NCBI RefSeq assembly: GCF_009834535.1 | Contig: NC_045697.1 | Span: 109,308,001-109,372,000, forward strand | DNA length: 64,000 nt | Source: Camelus ferus | Taxonomy: Eukaryota | Direction of reading: 5' to 3' | In this document: positions 1 through 11,695 of the stretch, one piece after another | How positions within the stretch are numbered: position 1 is the stretch's first letter | Layout of the letters: each line of letters begins with the position of its first letter | Translations under genes and position numbers: made by a program | Notes under the pieces: model-generated | What the model saw: the letters and a program-made list of their open reading frames with translations, nothing else | Database searches by the model: none | Told to the model about the DNA's origin: nothing

Positions 1-524
1 GGTCCTTGACTTTGCACAGGAAAGAATTCGAGAGTGAGCCACAGTTGAGTAAAAGGAGATTTATTCAGAGAGATTCACAAGAGGCCATGAGGCATGGAGG
101 TGGTTAAAACAAAAGTAGATACACACTCCATACACAGAGTGTGGGCTATCTGAACAGGCAAAAGAAAAGGCTGCAACGTGTGGGATTGTTAGTTTTAAGA
201 GCTCAGTCATTTCTTATGCTGACAAGTGGGAGGATTATTCCAACTACTTTGGGGAAGGGGCTGGGATCCCCAGGAACTGAGCCACCACCCACTTTTTGAC
301 CTTTTATGGTCAGCCTCAGAACTGTCATGGCGCCTGTGGGAGTGCCATTCACCATGTTAATGCATTACAATGAGCGTATAATGAAGCTCAAGGTCTACTG
401 GGAGCCAAATCTCCTGCCATCTTGGCCTCAGGGTCTACTTTGAGTTGAATCTTCCACCATCTTTATGCTAATTGCTGTGTCATTCCTTTAATGGCTGCGC
501 CCTGCTCCCTTCCCTCCTGTCTCA
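1..524 (-). mobile_element. ERV-type solo LTR (cut by window start), same family as 22979-23624
   Basis: Colinear similarity with 23064-23620. On the minus strand it begins TGAGACAGG, has AATAAA at 60-65 and an internal ~40-bp tandem repeat at 387-464. Confidence 0.8.
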
Positions 525-722
525 AAACTTTAAAAAAGAAAACTTCACATAAATATCAGTAACAGATAATGGACGTGGCCCAGACAGTCACAGAAGAGCA
601 TCGTGACTTACGGGTGGCTGTGTGCCTTGGTGTGAACATGCCAGTAAATGTTTGCCAAAGCAGACGTCTGTCTGCATGTCCTGTAGTGCTTTCAACCTCA
701 TTTCTGCTCTTGTTTCTAACAG

Positions 723-891
723 ACAAAAATTGGATCAGGAAAGTTGATGGGGCCCAAAGGAGTTTCCGTGGACCGCAACGGACACATCATCGTGGTGGAT
801 AACAAGGCGTGCTGCGTGTTTATCTTCCAGCCAAACGGGAAAATAGTCACCAGGTTTGGTAGCCGAGGAAATGGGGACAGGCAGTTTGCAG
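723..891 (+). CDS. TRIM2: TRIM2 coding exon (NHL repeats): [56 protein letters not shown]
   Basis: AG at 721-722 and GT at 892-893. 169 bp, phase 0 to 1. Translation matches the TRIM2 C-terminal NHL domain as I recall it. Confidence 0.96.
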
Positions 892-1988
892 GTACACTCG
901 ATGGTAATATGTAAACCCCCTTCTTTATGCTTCTTCTGCTCACGTTTGCATGGTGTCGGAGCATGTTGAAGGCGCCTTGTCCCCCGTGTGTTTGCCAGCT
1001 TTGGCCAAGACACTGGGGATGAAATCTAAGCAAAAGCATGGTTAGATGCTTCTCAATTACTCCATCCGCAGTAAGTTCAACCGCAGGCCATGTGTGGTTT
1101 TAATTGGAGGCGGTTTACAACGCCGAAGTCTCACCTTCGAATATGAGCATTAAATAAAATATAAATGTTAAAAGAGAGTATTTTTTAAATAAAAATGTGT
1201 GAGGAACAATGGAGAAATTCCTGTGTCCACCTAGCCATAGCTTTGTTTAAAGAGCTTCTGAATGAGAAATTTTTTCACCTTTCTAGGTGATTTTAAGAGA
1301 GCAGGAATATTTAGAATATTTGCCGAGTACAGGCAGGGCCGCCTGGGCCGCCTCTTTGCCTTGTCTGGGGTACTGCTGTACAGTCACAAGCTTACTTTGT
1401 TTTCTACATCAGCAAGAAGAGGCTGAAAAACAGTTTATTCATTTTATTTTGGAAAGGAGGCTTTGGCATTTAACATTAATTTGCATCATCATTCTTTATG
1501 CTTTGTCTCCAGTTCTGCCAGGTTCTGAATGTCACCTAAAATTATAAAGTGTGGGTATCTGCTCTACTTTAAAAATACACTAGATATTGGAGTTTTTTTT
1601 CCCCCAGTGCTGAGAGTTACCACGTCTCTCCTCAGCGGGAGCTGAGGGCCCTAAAGTGACCATCAAGGAAACTGGCAGATGTGACTTTCAGCTGGTGATG
1701 CAGAGAATGAATTCTGATGCTTATTGCTCATTGCATTCGTTAGGGCTGCTGGAACTCTTAGCTTGATCTGGGAGAAGGCAGCGTAGACAGTCACAAGTGT
1801 AGGATGCTACAGAATCTGCGGTACCTGGAGCCAGAGGTCTGGCTGAGTGACCTTTCAAGGACTGAGTCTACGATCCTTTGTTCTTTCTTAAACAACTAAG
1901 TTACTATATTAAGTTTTGTAAGTACTGTGCTGTTGTCATCATTTTTGTTGTTGCAGTTATCACATACTTTTTTCTATCTTTATTGCAG

Positions 1989-2059
1989 GTCCCCATTTTG
2001 CAGCTGTAAATAGCAATAATGAGATTATTGTTACCGATTTCCATAATCATTCTGTCAAG
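1989..2059 (+). CDS. TRIM2: TRIM2 coding exon: (G)[23 protein letters not shown]
   Basis: ttgcag acceptor and AAG|gtacca donor. 71 bp, restores the frame after the phase-1 intron. Confidence 0.96.
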
Positions 2060-2719
2060 GTACCATGAACACATCAATTGTTGTTAACTGTTAACTGCTT
2101 GTATTGAGGAGTCCTTCTGGGAGAAAATAATAGAATACTCACGTATACACACAGAACTGAAGGGAGTCGACCTAAAGGAGTAGTGTTTTGCTTCTCCTTA
2201 AAGGTGCAGGGTTTAATTGGGATGTTACAGACTTTGGAGAGTCAGAAAAGTGACCAGAATATGGGGGCAATAAGTTTCTTAATTTAAAACTGGTATAAAT
2301 GGAGACGACTTGAAAATTAAATTTGAAAAAGCAATTGCTTGAACTTAGAGAGGCAGAACTTTCTGAAGCTTGATGTTTTGTGGCTATTCAGTAGATTAAA
2401 ACAGATCACGTTTTTCAATTTCCTGCATCATAAGGCCTTTCAAGCAAAATTGGGTGCTAGACATCTGCCGCAGCGACCGCTTTGGGGAGGGAAACAGCCC
2501 TGGCATATGTTCATATAGTGTGTTTCATATGCCTTTGAATGCTTTCACACACTTTCGGTTCCTTACAAAGCATCACACACCCCCTCCCCTAGACAGCGTA
2601 GTACCAGGCAGAAGGGGAGGAAACATTTGACCACTATTATGAGCAGATCAGAAAATAATAAAGTGGTTCAAAACAAATGTCTCACTTACTGAAACAAGAA
2701 GTTGTTCAGTAACATTCTA

Positions 2720-3012
2720 GACCAAGCTTCTCAAAGTGTGACACACGTTCCACGGCAGGTGTACCAGGCGGTCCCGGGCAGTGCACGGGGAGATATCTCT
2801 ATTTCAAGAGCTATGTGTTTATTTTTAGGGTTACCTTCTGTTCATATCAAGTGATATTGGTTTACACTTGTAGAAGTGATATAAAGTTTGCCTTGTAAAT
2901 AAGTTCATTTAAGTTTTTTAAGGTGAGGCATTTTACATGTGAAGGAGGATAAGAAAACAGCATGGGTGGTATGCCAATGACCAAGAGTTTGCACTTGGAG
3001 ACAACCATTGAG
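2720..3012. mobile_element. Probable old hAT-Charlie-type MER DNA transposon fragment
   Basis: Ends resemble a CAG..TTCTCAAAGTGTG / GAGA.AACCA.TG terminal motif. Family not certain. Confidence 0.4.
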
Positions 3013-4644
3013 CCACCAACTTAAAAACGATTTGCCAGTGTTGATAACTGGAATAGTTTGATAGGGATAGGATTTTAATACCCAAACGTCCTCTCTCATC
3101 ACTGCTTCATTTCCCCAGCTCTTCCTGGAAGAAGGTGTCTTTAACCTGAGTAAATAAATGGAAAGACCTTGAGCTCTTGTGATGGGTACCAAGTCCCTTG
3201 CAAAGAGGAGAGCCCAGTGGGCCATAGTGATGAGGCAGGATGAGGGGAAAGGATGCTCACCGTTGCTCACCTCTACAGCTGCTTCCTGCCATGTGGTCCA
3301 GAGCTGCTACCATAGTGGTCAGGTTCCATTCCCAGTGCCCCCACCTCCTTCCATGCCCATGAGCTGCATTCTCTCTCTCTACCGGGGGTGTCTTGGTAAA
3401 AGGAAGAGGACAGAGGGAAAGTCTTTGGAGGAGGAGGGGAACAGAGAGCGAAGACGCAGCAGGGACGGGGCTTGTGACCGTCCTCCCAGGAGGCTGTAAT
3501 AGTCCTCTGTGACGAGCATCACTATCAAAGGATAACACAGGCTGTACTCACACTTCCCACCCTTCACTCACGCTGTAGAGGACTCCTTCATTGACCTGTA
3601 GTGCATCCAACAGGAAGAAAACCCATTTAGATCTTAGCAGTGCAGAGGCCAGCACAGCCTGGCATAGGTGCTGCCCATTGCCACCAGAAAGTGACATTAA
3701 TCAAGTTGCTCTTTTCTACTAAGCCTACTGTGGCCTCAGAGCCTTTCCCGCCCCAGGGCTCCAGGCACCTCTAGGAATCCGCTAGCCTTGGTATTCAGGG
3801 TGATTCCTGTTTACCAGCCCTGCCTGACACTGTAGGAGAAAATAAAACATATGTAGGTAACCGAAATGCAAGGCAGACAGCAATAAATGATTTCTTAAAA
3901 ACAGGCACATATAAAGTCCTCGAAGTATCCAGAAGACAGTCAGGGGGGACTTCCAAGTGGAGGTGGTATTTGAGGTGAGCAGAATTTTGAAATCAGAAAA
4001 GGACTGTCATCAAAGTTATCAAAACTTGTTGTAAAAAATTTGTTATCAAAAGCAAAGCTCTAAGAACAATTTCAGCTCCTGTGTCTACCTCTTAATGTGT
4101 TTTCTTCTGGATAACTTATAAGCAATTAAATGACATTTGAGATGGGAAAAACAGAAAATAGGAGAAATGTATAATGACTGATTATGGAAACACTTCAGGT
4201 TTTCAGTACCATAGAAATAGTTTATTTAAGCTCAGTTTCTTCAGATTTCAGAAAACTGGTCATTTGTTTCTCTCTTCTGTTTGACAGCTATTGCCATGTA
4301 GCTTTGATGGGGTCAGTTGGGCTTCTGTTTCCTATGGACCTCAGGGCAGTTAACAGTTCTGGATTCAGGTCACTGCTCTGTTGGTAAATGTAAGAACCGG
4401 ACCCAGAGGTCAGGGCTCACAAGTGTTCTAGTTAGTCCTTTAGCTACTTCAGTATATGCTCTCTTTTCATCGCAAAACCATTAAGACTAAATTTGGCATT
4501 CTCCGTTAATTCAGAGTGGAGCCAAAGCACATACGTCATTTGACTTATGCCAAGGAAAACATACTGACTCAGAGAGATAAACACAAACAAGAAGATTATT
4601 TGTACAGCTTACTAGGGGAAAGATCAGAAAATAATCAGTTATGT

Positions 4645-4750
4645 GGGGAGGGTACAGCTCAGTGGTAGAGCGCATGCTTAGCGTACACAAGGTCCTGGTT
4701 TCATTCCCCAGTATCTCCCCCTACCAAAACAAAACAAAACAAAACAAAAA
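4645..4750 (+). mobile_element. Camelid-type tRNA-derived SINE (Vic-1-like)
   Basis: GGGGAGGGTACAGCTCAGTGGTAGAGCGCATGCTTAGC head with A/B-box remnants and a (CAAAA)n tail. Degenerate TSD agaaaataatcagttatg (4626-4643) / agaaaagaatcgattatg (4751-4768). Confidence 0.9.
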
Positions 4751-5651
4751 AGAAAAGAATCGATTATGACCTCACCAGTGTGCAAGCACTCCTTTTGGTC
4801 TTTAAAACTAGAATGTTTTGTGTGAAAGGAGTTAAGAAGAGTCAGGGAAGATTTTAAAGATATGACACCTTAGTAAAAGGTGATTCCTGTCTCTGTCTGT
4901 CTAAAGAACCAAAGAGGTAGCTTGCTTGCTTGGCAAGTGTAGTTAACTCAGGGAGTGGTCCTGACTCTTTTTTTTTTTTTTATCTTTAAGACAGTTTAGG
5001 CTTTAGAAATGGAAGTGTCTCACTTTCCTAAAATACATAACTAAAAGAAATAGCATTATTTTAATCATTCTTGATCACAGAGATGGTCATAGGAGAATCT
5101 CTAAAAGGCCCTGAAGATGATTTTAAAGGTTAAAATCTGTGCTCAGGTAAAGTGAACACTCAGGTCCACGTGTCAGGAGCCCTTACTTACTCTTATGGTG
5201 CCTTCTATGTAATACTCTTTGATTTGTTGATGAGTATTTCTACACATGTCAGCAGCATGATAATGGAAGCTTAGAATAATATCCTGAAGGCATTTCAATA
5301 CCGTTAAGGATCGCCTGAATCATCAAGAAAAAATTATGCTTACTATAGTCTTAGCATTAAACACATTGAAATTTTAATTCTCTCAAAGGTAGTCATCTGC
5401 AGTTGATACTCTATGAATACGAATATTGAATTAATCACAACAACCCGCTTCTTGACCATACCAGATGTTAAGGGAATTTGAGAGTTCCTAAAAGTTCTAT
5501 TTAGCCCCTCCCTTCTATCTGCCTCCCTTTTCTCAGTGGGCTCTGTGCATCAAAGCTTTCGGGGCGTATAAACTCTCTAACTAAAATAGATCCTGAAAAA
5601 AGTATTTTTAAAAGCTTATTCTTATTGTCCTTATTCTTTATCTGCTGCCAT

Positions 5652-5678
5652 CACACACACACACACACACACACACAC
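5652..5678. repeat. (CA)n microsatellite
   Basis: Visible dinucleotide run. Confidence 0.95.
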
Positions 5679-6185
5679 GATGGATTTTCCTTGTTATAAG
5701 TTCAGTCTACCCTTTCTCGTTATAATGACTTAGTAAAATGGTAGTAAATCTTGAGCCTCTGACCTGACAAAAAGCTCCTACTCTCTGATTCAACTTTGAG
5801 TGATCATCCAGCCTGTTAGAAATACAATGTCTGTTCTTGAAATTAGCTATATAGTTAAAGGCAGAAAGAATAACGTTTTTATTACAGCTCTGTGTTACTC
5901 ATACTACTTTACATCTGTATATATTTTATAATTTATAATGAAAGTATTTTTGACATAGTATTTAGTAATCAAGTATCAGCTAGAAAAAAGAAATGGTTTA
6001 ACAAATGCTAAATCAGATTTAGACAGTAAATTGGGGAACCACAAGTGATGGAGAGTCCAGTATGTAGGTTTTTCCCCCTTTTCTTTAGAATGTCTTAAGA
6101 TACCTGCTCAGATATTTTTAAAAGCTGTAATGTTTGCTCAACTCTTTAAATTTAAAATAAAATCATTTTAACATATTTCATGCAG

Positions 6186-6326
6186 GTGTTTAATCAGGAA
6201 GGAGAATTCATATTGAAGTTTGGCTCAAATGGAGAAGGAAATGGGCAATTTAACGCTCCAACGGGTGTAGCGGTGGATTCAAACGGAAACATCATTGTAG
6301 CCGACTGGGGAAACAGTAGGATTCAG
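6186..6326 (+). CDS. TRIM2: TRIM2 coding exon: [47 protein letters not shown]
   Basis: tgcag acceptor and CAG|gtagat donor. 141 bp, phase 0/0, NHL repeat motif. Confidence 0.97.
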
Positions 6327-6524
6327 GTAGATTAAAACGCTGATTTGTTTGTTTAGAGTGATTGGTATTTGTTAAAAGTAAAGAACTGGCTGTCCCCTTA
6401 ACTGGAATGTTTCCCATTCCTTCATTGGTTAGGTAATAAGGCTGTAAATCTCACCGGAAGTACCAGATTCAGGAAAGCGGAGTAGAAAAAAGTCAACATA
6501 TTCCCAAACTGAAACCTTCTAACT

Positions 6525-7126
6525 CAGGGATTCTTAGCATGTATCCCACAGACCCAAAAAAGGTTTGTGGCGAGAATTCAAGAAGTCCATTGTACAAAAA
6601 TATCACATTATTATTTTTACTAACTCTTTTTTAAAAAAATATTTTATTTATTATTTTATTTTGGCAGGTGGGGGGAGGGGAGGTAATTAGGCTTACTTAT
6701 TTTTAGAGGAGGTACTGGGGATTGAACCCAGGACCTCATGCATGTTAAGCATGAGCTCTACCACTTGAGCTGTACCCTCCCCCTTATTTTTACTAACTTC
6801 TAACTGAAAATTATAATTTGCTTTAATTATGAATATAGGCAACAATTACAGTTTTAGTAAGACCTGTAACTTTGTCACCAAGAGAAATTACAGAAATTTT
6901 CATATTACAGTTGCAGATATCTCAAATTATCATTTATATTCATCATGATTTTAAGGTCAGTCATTATGAGACCCATCATTGTTTCTTGTTATTTACTTTG
7001 TTAATTTGAAAAGTATACATATTACTATGTCACAATTCCATCACATTTTGATAACCGTCTTTGATTATGATGATTTTCCTTTATAATCCCATGTATTTTG
7101 TTTCATGCATTTAAAAATATTATTCT
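6525..7126 (+). mobile_element. MER113-like hAT-Charlie DNA transposon, interrupted by a SINE and 3'-truncated by L1
   Basis: Recognised blocks ctaactgaaa..aattatgaatataggcaac..ctgtaactttgtcacc..gcagatatctcaaa..tgcatttaaaaatattattctg. Confidence 0.65.
6626..6783 (-). mobile_element. Camelid-type tRNA-derived SINE
   Basis: Reverse-complement SINE head (ctggggattgaacccaggacctc..gagctgtaccctcccc). Perfect 15-bp TSD ttatttttactaact at 6611-6625 and 6784-6798. Confidence 0.92.
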
Positions 7127-7252
7127 GCTAAATAACTCATGAGTCAAAGAGGAAGTCTCAAGAAAAATTTAAAAATACATTGGACTGAATGAAAACGCAA
7201 AATTGCGTATCAAAGTTCGAGAAATGCAGCTAAAATGTTGCCCAGAGGAAAT

Positions 7253-7602
7253 TTTTTTTCCCTATCTTTATTGAGATATAATTGACATGCATTGTGTAAG
7301 TTTAAGGTATACAGCATGTTGATTTGAAACACTTGCATACTGCAGAATGATTACCACTATAGTTTTAGCTAAACCTTCCATCACGACACATAATTACCTT
7401 TTGTGTGTGTGTGTGTGTGTGTGTTGAGAACATTCAAATCTACTCTCTTAGCAACTTTCAAGTACATAGAACAGTGTTATAACTATAAGAACCACCCAGT
7501 GCATTAGATCCCCAGAACTGATTCATCTTCCAACTGCAAGTTTGTACCCTTTGACCAGTTTCTCCCCCATCCTCACTCCTTGGTAACCACCATTCTATCT
7601 GT
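7253..7602 (-). mobile_element. L1 3'-end fragment (L1MA-like) nested in older L1, with (TG)n
   Basis: T-rich start then tttattgagatataattgaca..aaggtatacagcatg. Flanked by approximate gag(g)gaaatt duplication. Confidence 0.8.
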
Positions 7603-7757
7603 GAGGGAAATTAATAGCACTGAATATTTACAGAAAAGAGGACAAGTCTCAAGAACTCAAGCTCCCACCTCAAGAAACTAGAAGAAGAGCAAAACAAACT
7701 GAAAACAAGCTGAAGGCAGGAAATAGAGAAGATAGTATCAGATATCAGTTCAACTCA

Positions 7758-8202
7758 TACTACTCAGCCATAAAAAAGAATAAAATAATGCCATTTGGAG
7801 CAACATGGATGGACCTGGAGATCGTCATTCTAAGTGAAATAAGCCAGAAAGAGAAAGAAAAATACCATATGATAGCACTTATATGTGGAATCTAAAGAAA
7901 AAGGCTAACAAACTTATTTACAAAACAGAAACAGACTCACAGACATAGAAAACAAACTTATGGTCACCAGAGGGGGAAGAGGTTGGGAAGGGATAAATTG
8001 GGAGTCCGAGATTTGCAGATACTAATATATATAAAATAGATAAACAACAATATACTGTATGGCACATGGAACTATATTCAATATCTTGTAGTAACTTATG
8101 GTGAAAAAGAATATGAAAACAAATATATGTATGTTCACATATGACTGAAGCACTGTGCTGTACTTCAGAAATTGACACAACATTGTAAACTGACTATACT
8201 TC

Positions 8203-8257
<55 letters not shown>

Positions 8258-8263
8258 AAAAAA
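7758..8263 (+). mobile_element. Younger lineage-type L1 3' end with (TA)25 tail
   Basis: tactactcagccataaaaaagaat..gcaacatggatggacctggag..gactatacttcaat. TSD agatatcagttcaactca (7740-7757) / agaaatcagttaaactca (8264-8281). Confidence 0.9.
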
Positions 8264-9411
8264 AGAAATCAGTTAAACTCAAGAAAGAAAAATAGAGGAA
8301 ATCAATGAAATAGAAAGCTGGTTCTTTGAAAAGATCAATTAAACTGACAAACCTAGCAAGACTGACAGAAAAAAAGACAGACACAAAATACTAGTGTCAT
8401 GACAGGAATCAACAGGATAATAAAGAATTCTGTGAACAACTCTGCATGCATCCATTTGACCACTTAGATGAAATGGACTAATTTCTCAAAAAGTACAAAC
8501 CCCTCACCTTACCCAATATAAAGTAAATAATTTGGATAGCCCTAGGGCTATTAAGGAAATTTAGTTTAATAACTGAAAAGCTCCCCGAAAAGAAATCTCC
8601 AGACTCAGCTGGTTTCCCTAGAGAATGCTACCAAATGTTTAAAAAACAATTAGCACCAGTTCAGTTTCTTCCAACCAACAGAAGATACAATTCACTTTCC
8701 AACTCAGCTTTTGATGCTATGATACCAAAACCAGCCTAAGATGATACAAAAAAAAGAAAACTGCAGACCATGTTCCTCACGAATATAGATGCAAAAACAC
8801 TTAACAAAATATTAGTAAATAGAATTCAGCAATATGTGAAAATCTTTCCTTGGCCAAGTGGGGTTTATTCCAAGAATGCAAGCCTGATTCCATATTCAGA
8901 AATCAGTGTAATCCATCATATTAAAAGGCCAAAGAATAGAAGTCATATGATCATATCAGTTGATGCAGAAAAGCATTGAGTAAGATTCAATACCTATTCA
9001 TGAATAAAAAGTCTCAGAAAACTGGGAACTTTCTCAATTTGATAAAGAACGCTTATGAAAACCTACTGCTAACACCATACTTAATGGTGAAAGACTGAAG
9101 TCTTTTCCTCTAAGATCAGAATAAGGCAAGGATGTCTGCTCTCACCATTCTTATTCAACATAGTGCTGGAAGTTTCAACCAACACAATAGGGAAAGAAAA
9201 GGAAATAGCAAGCTTACAAATTAGAAAGAAATAAACTCTCCCTATTTCTAGATAACATGATTATTTACGTTAAAAAAAACTCAAGAAACCTACGAAACAG
9301 TAGCTAGAATGAATAAGTGAGTTCAGCAAGGTCACAGGGGACAAGGTCAACATACAAAAATCATTGTATTACTCTAACTTTCCCCATCACACTCTGACTC
9401 TGTATTTACAG

Positions 9412-9564
9412 GTTTTCGATGGAAGTGGATCATTTTTGTCCTACATCAACACATCTGCCGACCCACTCTACGGCCCCCAGGGCCTGGCCCTCACTTCAGA
9501 CGGCCACGTGGTGGTTGCAGACTCTGGAAACCACTGTTTCAAGGTCTATCGGTACTTACAGTAA
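9412..9564 (+). CDS. TRIM2: TRIM2 terminal coding exon: [50 protein letters not shown]
   Basis: tttacag acceptor. Ends KVYRYLQ-TAA, the TRIM2/TRIM3-type C-terminus. Adjacency to MND1 indicates TRIM2. Confidence 0.97.
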   Translation, partial: VFDGSGSFLSYINTSADPLYGPQGLALTSDGHVVVADSGNHCFKVYRYLQ

Positions 9565-11574
9565 CAGCGGGCAGCTGGACACCTACTTAGAAAGATATTA
9601 CAGTATAAACTGGAATGGATATCTCAACGCAGGACCAGAATTATACGAGACTTTTCGTGCTAGAAGGAATCATTGGTGAACTTTCCAAGGTTATTTCTGA
9701 ATGTAACCATTTCCTTAAAAACTGCATATGTGATTTCTGTAATCCACATTTAGGGTTTAAACAAAGGAAATCTCTTCTACTGAATCTACAGAAACTGCAG
9801 AGTTTTACACCTGTGAACTTGGCTTATGGGACAGGGATTTATGTAGTGAAACTAATTTTGCAAATCAAACAAGCATTAAAAAACAACTAGAATATTTAAA
9901 GGTATTTGTTCATCCTGTGAGTGGTAGCTTTTGCGCAGAGCTTCCAAAAACAAAACAGAAAGAAAATCTGTTGTAGTTACATACTTTATTTAACCTTGGT
10001 CACAAGACCCAGGGGATCTTCAAACCTCACTTTGACAGTGGGTATTACCCTTGTGACATTTTTTTTGGTTATCAACAACTAGATGTAAATTACTTTAGGA
10101 AAGAAGAAAACTGTCTTGCAAAATCCTCTCAGCTGGGATGAGCAAGCCTCTTGAGTTTAGCACTTAAAAATCAATGCAAATTTCCCATCCTTTCTGGGTT
10201 AGATCAGAGCCCTTTTTTGTGTGTTCTTTTCACCTCTCTCCTGCTCACCTTGTATCACACACACAAAAAAAATACAAAGTATATTTTCAGGGAAACCTGA
10301 AATTCCTAATACTTTGAAAAGCATATTACAATAGTAATGCTACCTTTTGGTAAACCAACAGCCCTGTTAACTCCAGATTAATGCACTGGACTGGAAGCAA
10401 GAAAAAGTTAGTCACGTTTTATGTGCCACGTTCTGACACGTACCTGTCTATCCTCTTCCACTTCATGGAAGCGAAAGCTTTACCTCCTGCAAAATGTCAG
10501 CACACGTAGTAGGACACCAGTATCCTAGGACAGAGAGCCATAAGCAGCCCTTTGGAGGACTGATGGTGTCAACCAAAGGTATGTGATTGATTAATGGTTT
10601 TCCCCTTAGAAAGCAAGTGTTACCAAAGTTGTGTTATCTTGAAAGCATTACAGGTAAGGGCATGTTATGGTTATTTATCGTTGTCTAATGACTAGTAGAG
10701 GCATTAAAGGACTATGTATACGTGATTAGGGTAAGGTAGAATGTATCATATATATATATATATATATAGCTGAATCTTTGGTTACTGAAATAGGCAGCAC
10801 TCTGAAAGACAGAAGCATCGGCCAGCCTTTCCGCAACACGTTCTTTGCAGCGCAGTTTAAAGCCGTCCCAGTAGAGCAAGCCCTAAAGCAGCTGTAATTT
10901 TTGCCATTTTCCAGGAATGCTGGTATCGGCTGACTTTCTGTCAGAAAAACGGCCTTCTGTGCTTTCAAAAACAAAACAAAACAAAAAAACAAAAACAGGT
11001 GGAAAGAAGAAAGTTGAACTGGAGTTACATTTCATTTAAACTAAGTATAAGTGCATTTTGCGAAATGTTGAGAATAATTTAGTCAATCGTTAATCCGTCA
11101 CTGATACTGTAAAATAGGAGTGGTCTGTTTCCACTGTTTAATTTTCTACTCAGTTCTACCAAATAGGATGTCAGGTTTGGCATTTTCGATAATGACTTTG
11201 GGACCTTTTTCACTGAAAGCACCTTAGAACTATACTACAAGGAAACACTTCCCATACATATAACTCTATGAATGTGATGTTTATTTCTATTAATTTATAA
11301 TTCAGCCATTCTCTTATATAGGACTTTTAAAAATTTAAAATGGAAATCTAGCTACTTCCAATTATCTATCAAATTTCTTATGCCCAAATCAGCCTCTGAA
11401 AAAAAATTTTTTTTCAGGAAGATTTATGTTTAGGTTTCGTATTTTTTAGTTAGGTAGAGTTTTCAAAATATTTGAGACTGTCTGTGATAAAGTTATAAAA
11501 TTAAATAAATTTTTAGAATGTTAAACTAAGACACTGTTTCCTAATGTCAGTGCTAAATAAGTCTTTGAATTTAA

Positions 11575-11695
11575 ACATTCATATTTAATGAGTGCCTATG
11601 GGATGCCAGGCACTGTTCTAGGCACTGAGGATAAAGTGATGGATAAAACAGACAGAAATCCCTGCCCCTTTGGAGTTTTCACTCTAGGGAGGGAG
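11575..11695 (-). mobile_element. L2 3'-end fragment within the TRIM2 3' UTR
   Basis: cattcatatttaatgagtgcctatgggatgccaggcactgttctaggcactgaggat..ccctgccc..ggag. Confidence 0.8.

Larger units (their letters stand above)
7127..9370 (+). mobile_element. Old L1 ORF2 fragment (sense), host to two younger L1 3'-end insertions
   Basis: ORF 8770-8979 (NIDAKTLNKILVNRIQQY..HMIISVDAEK) is L1 ORF2 pre-RT/RT. It continues to aaggtcaacatacaaaaatcattgtatt. Confidence 0.9.

Noticed and set aside
3179..3567. Cluster of overlapping ORFs in a TRIM2 intron
   Set aside because: No recognisable domain or convincing splice context. Purine-rich low-complexity sequence.
4645..4716. tRNA gene (also 6710-6783, 28275-28346)
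   Set aside because: tRNA-like A/B boxes, but with A-rich tails, TSDs and no intact cloverleaf. These are SINEs.
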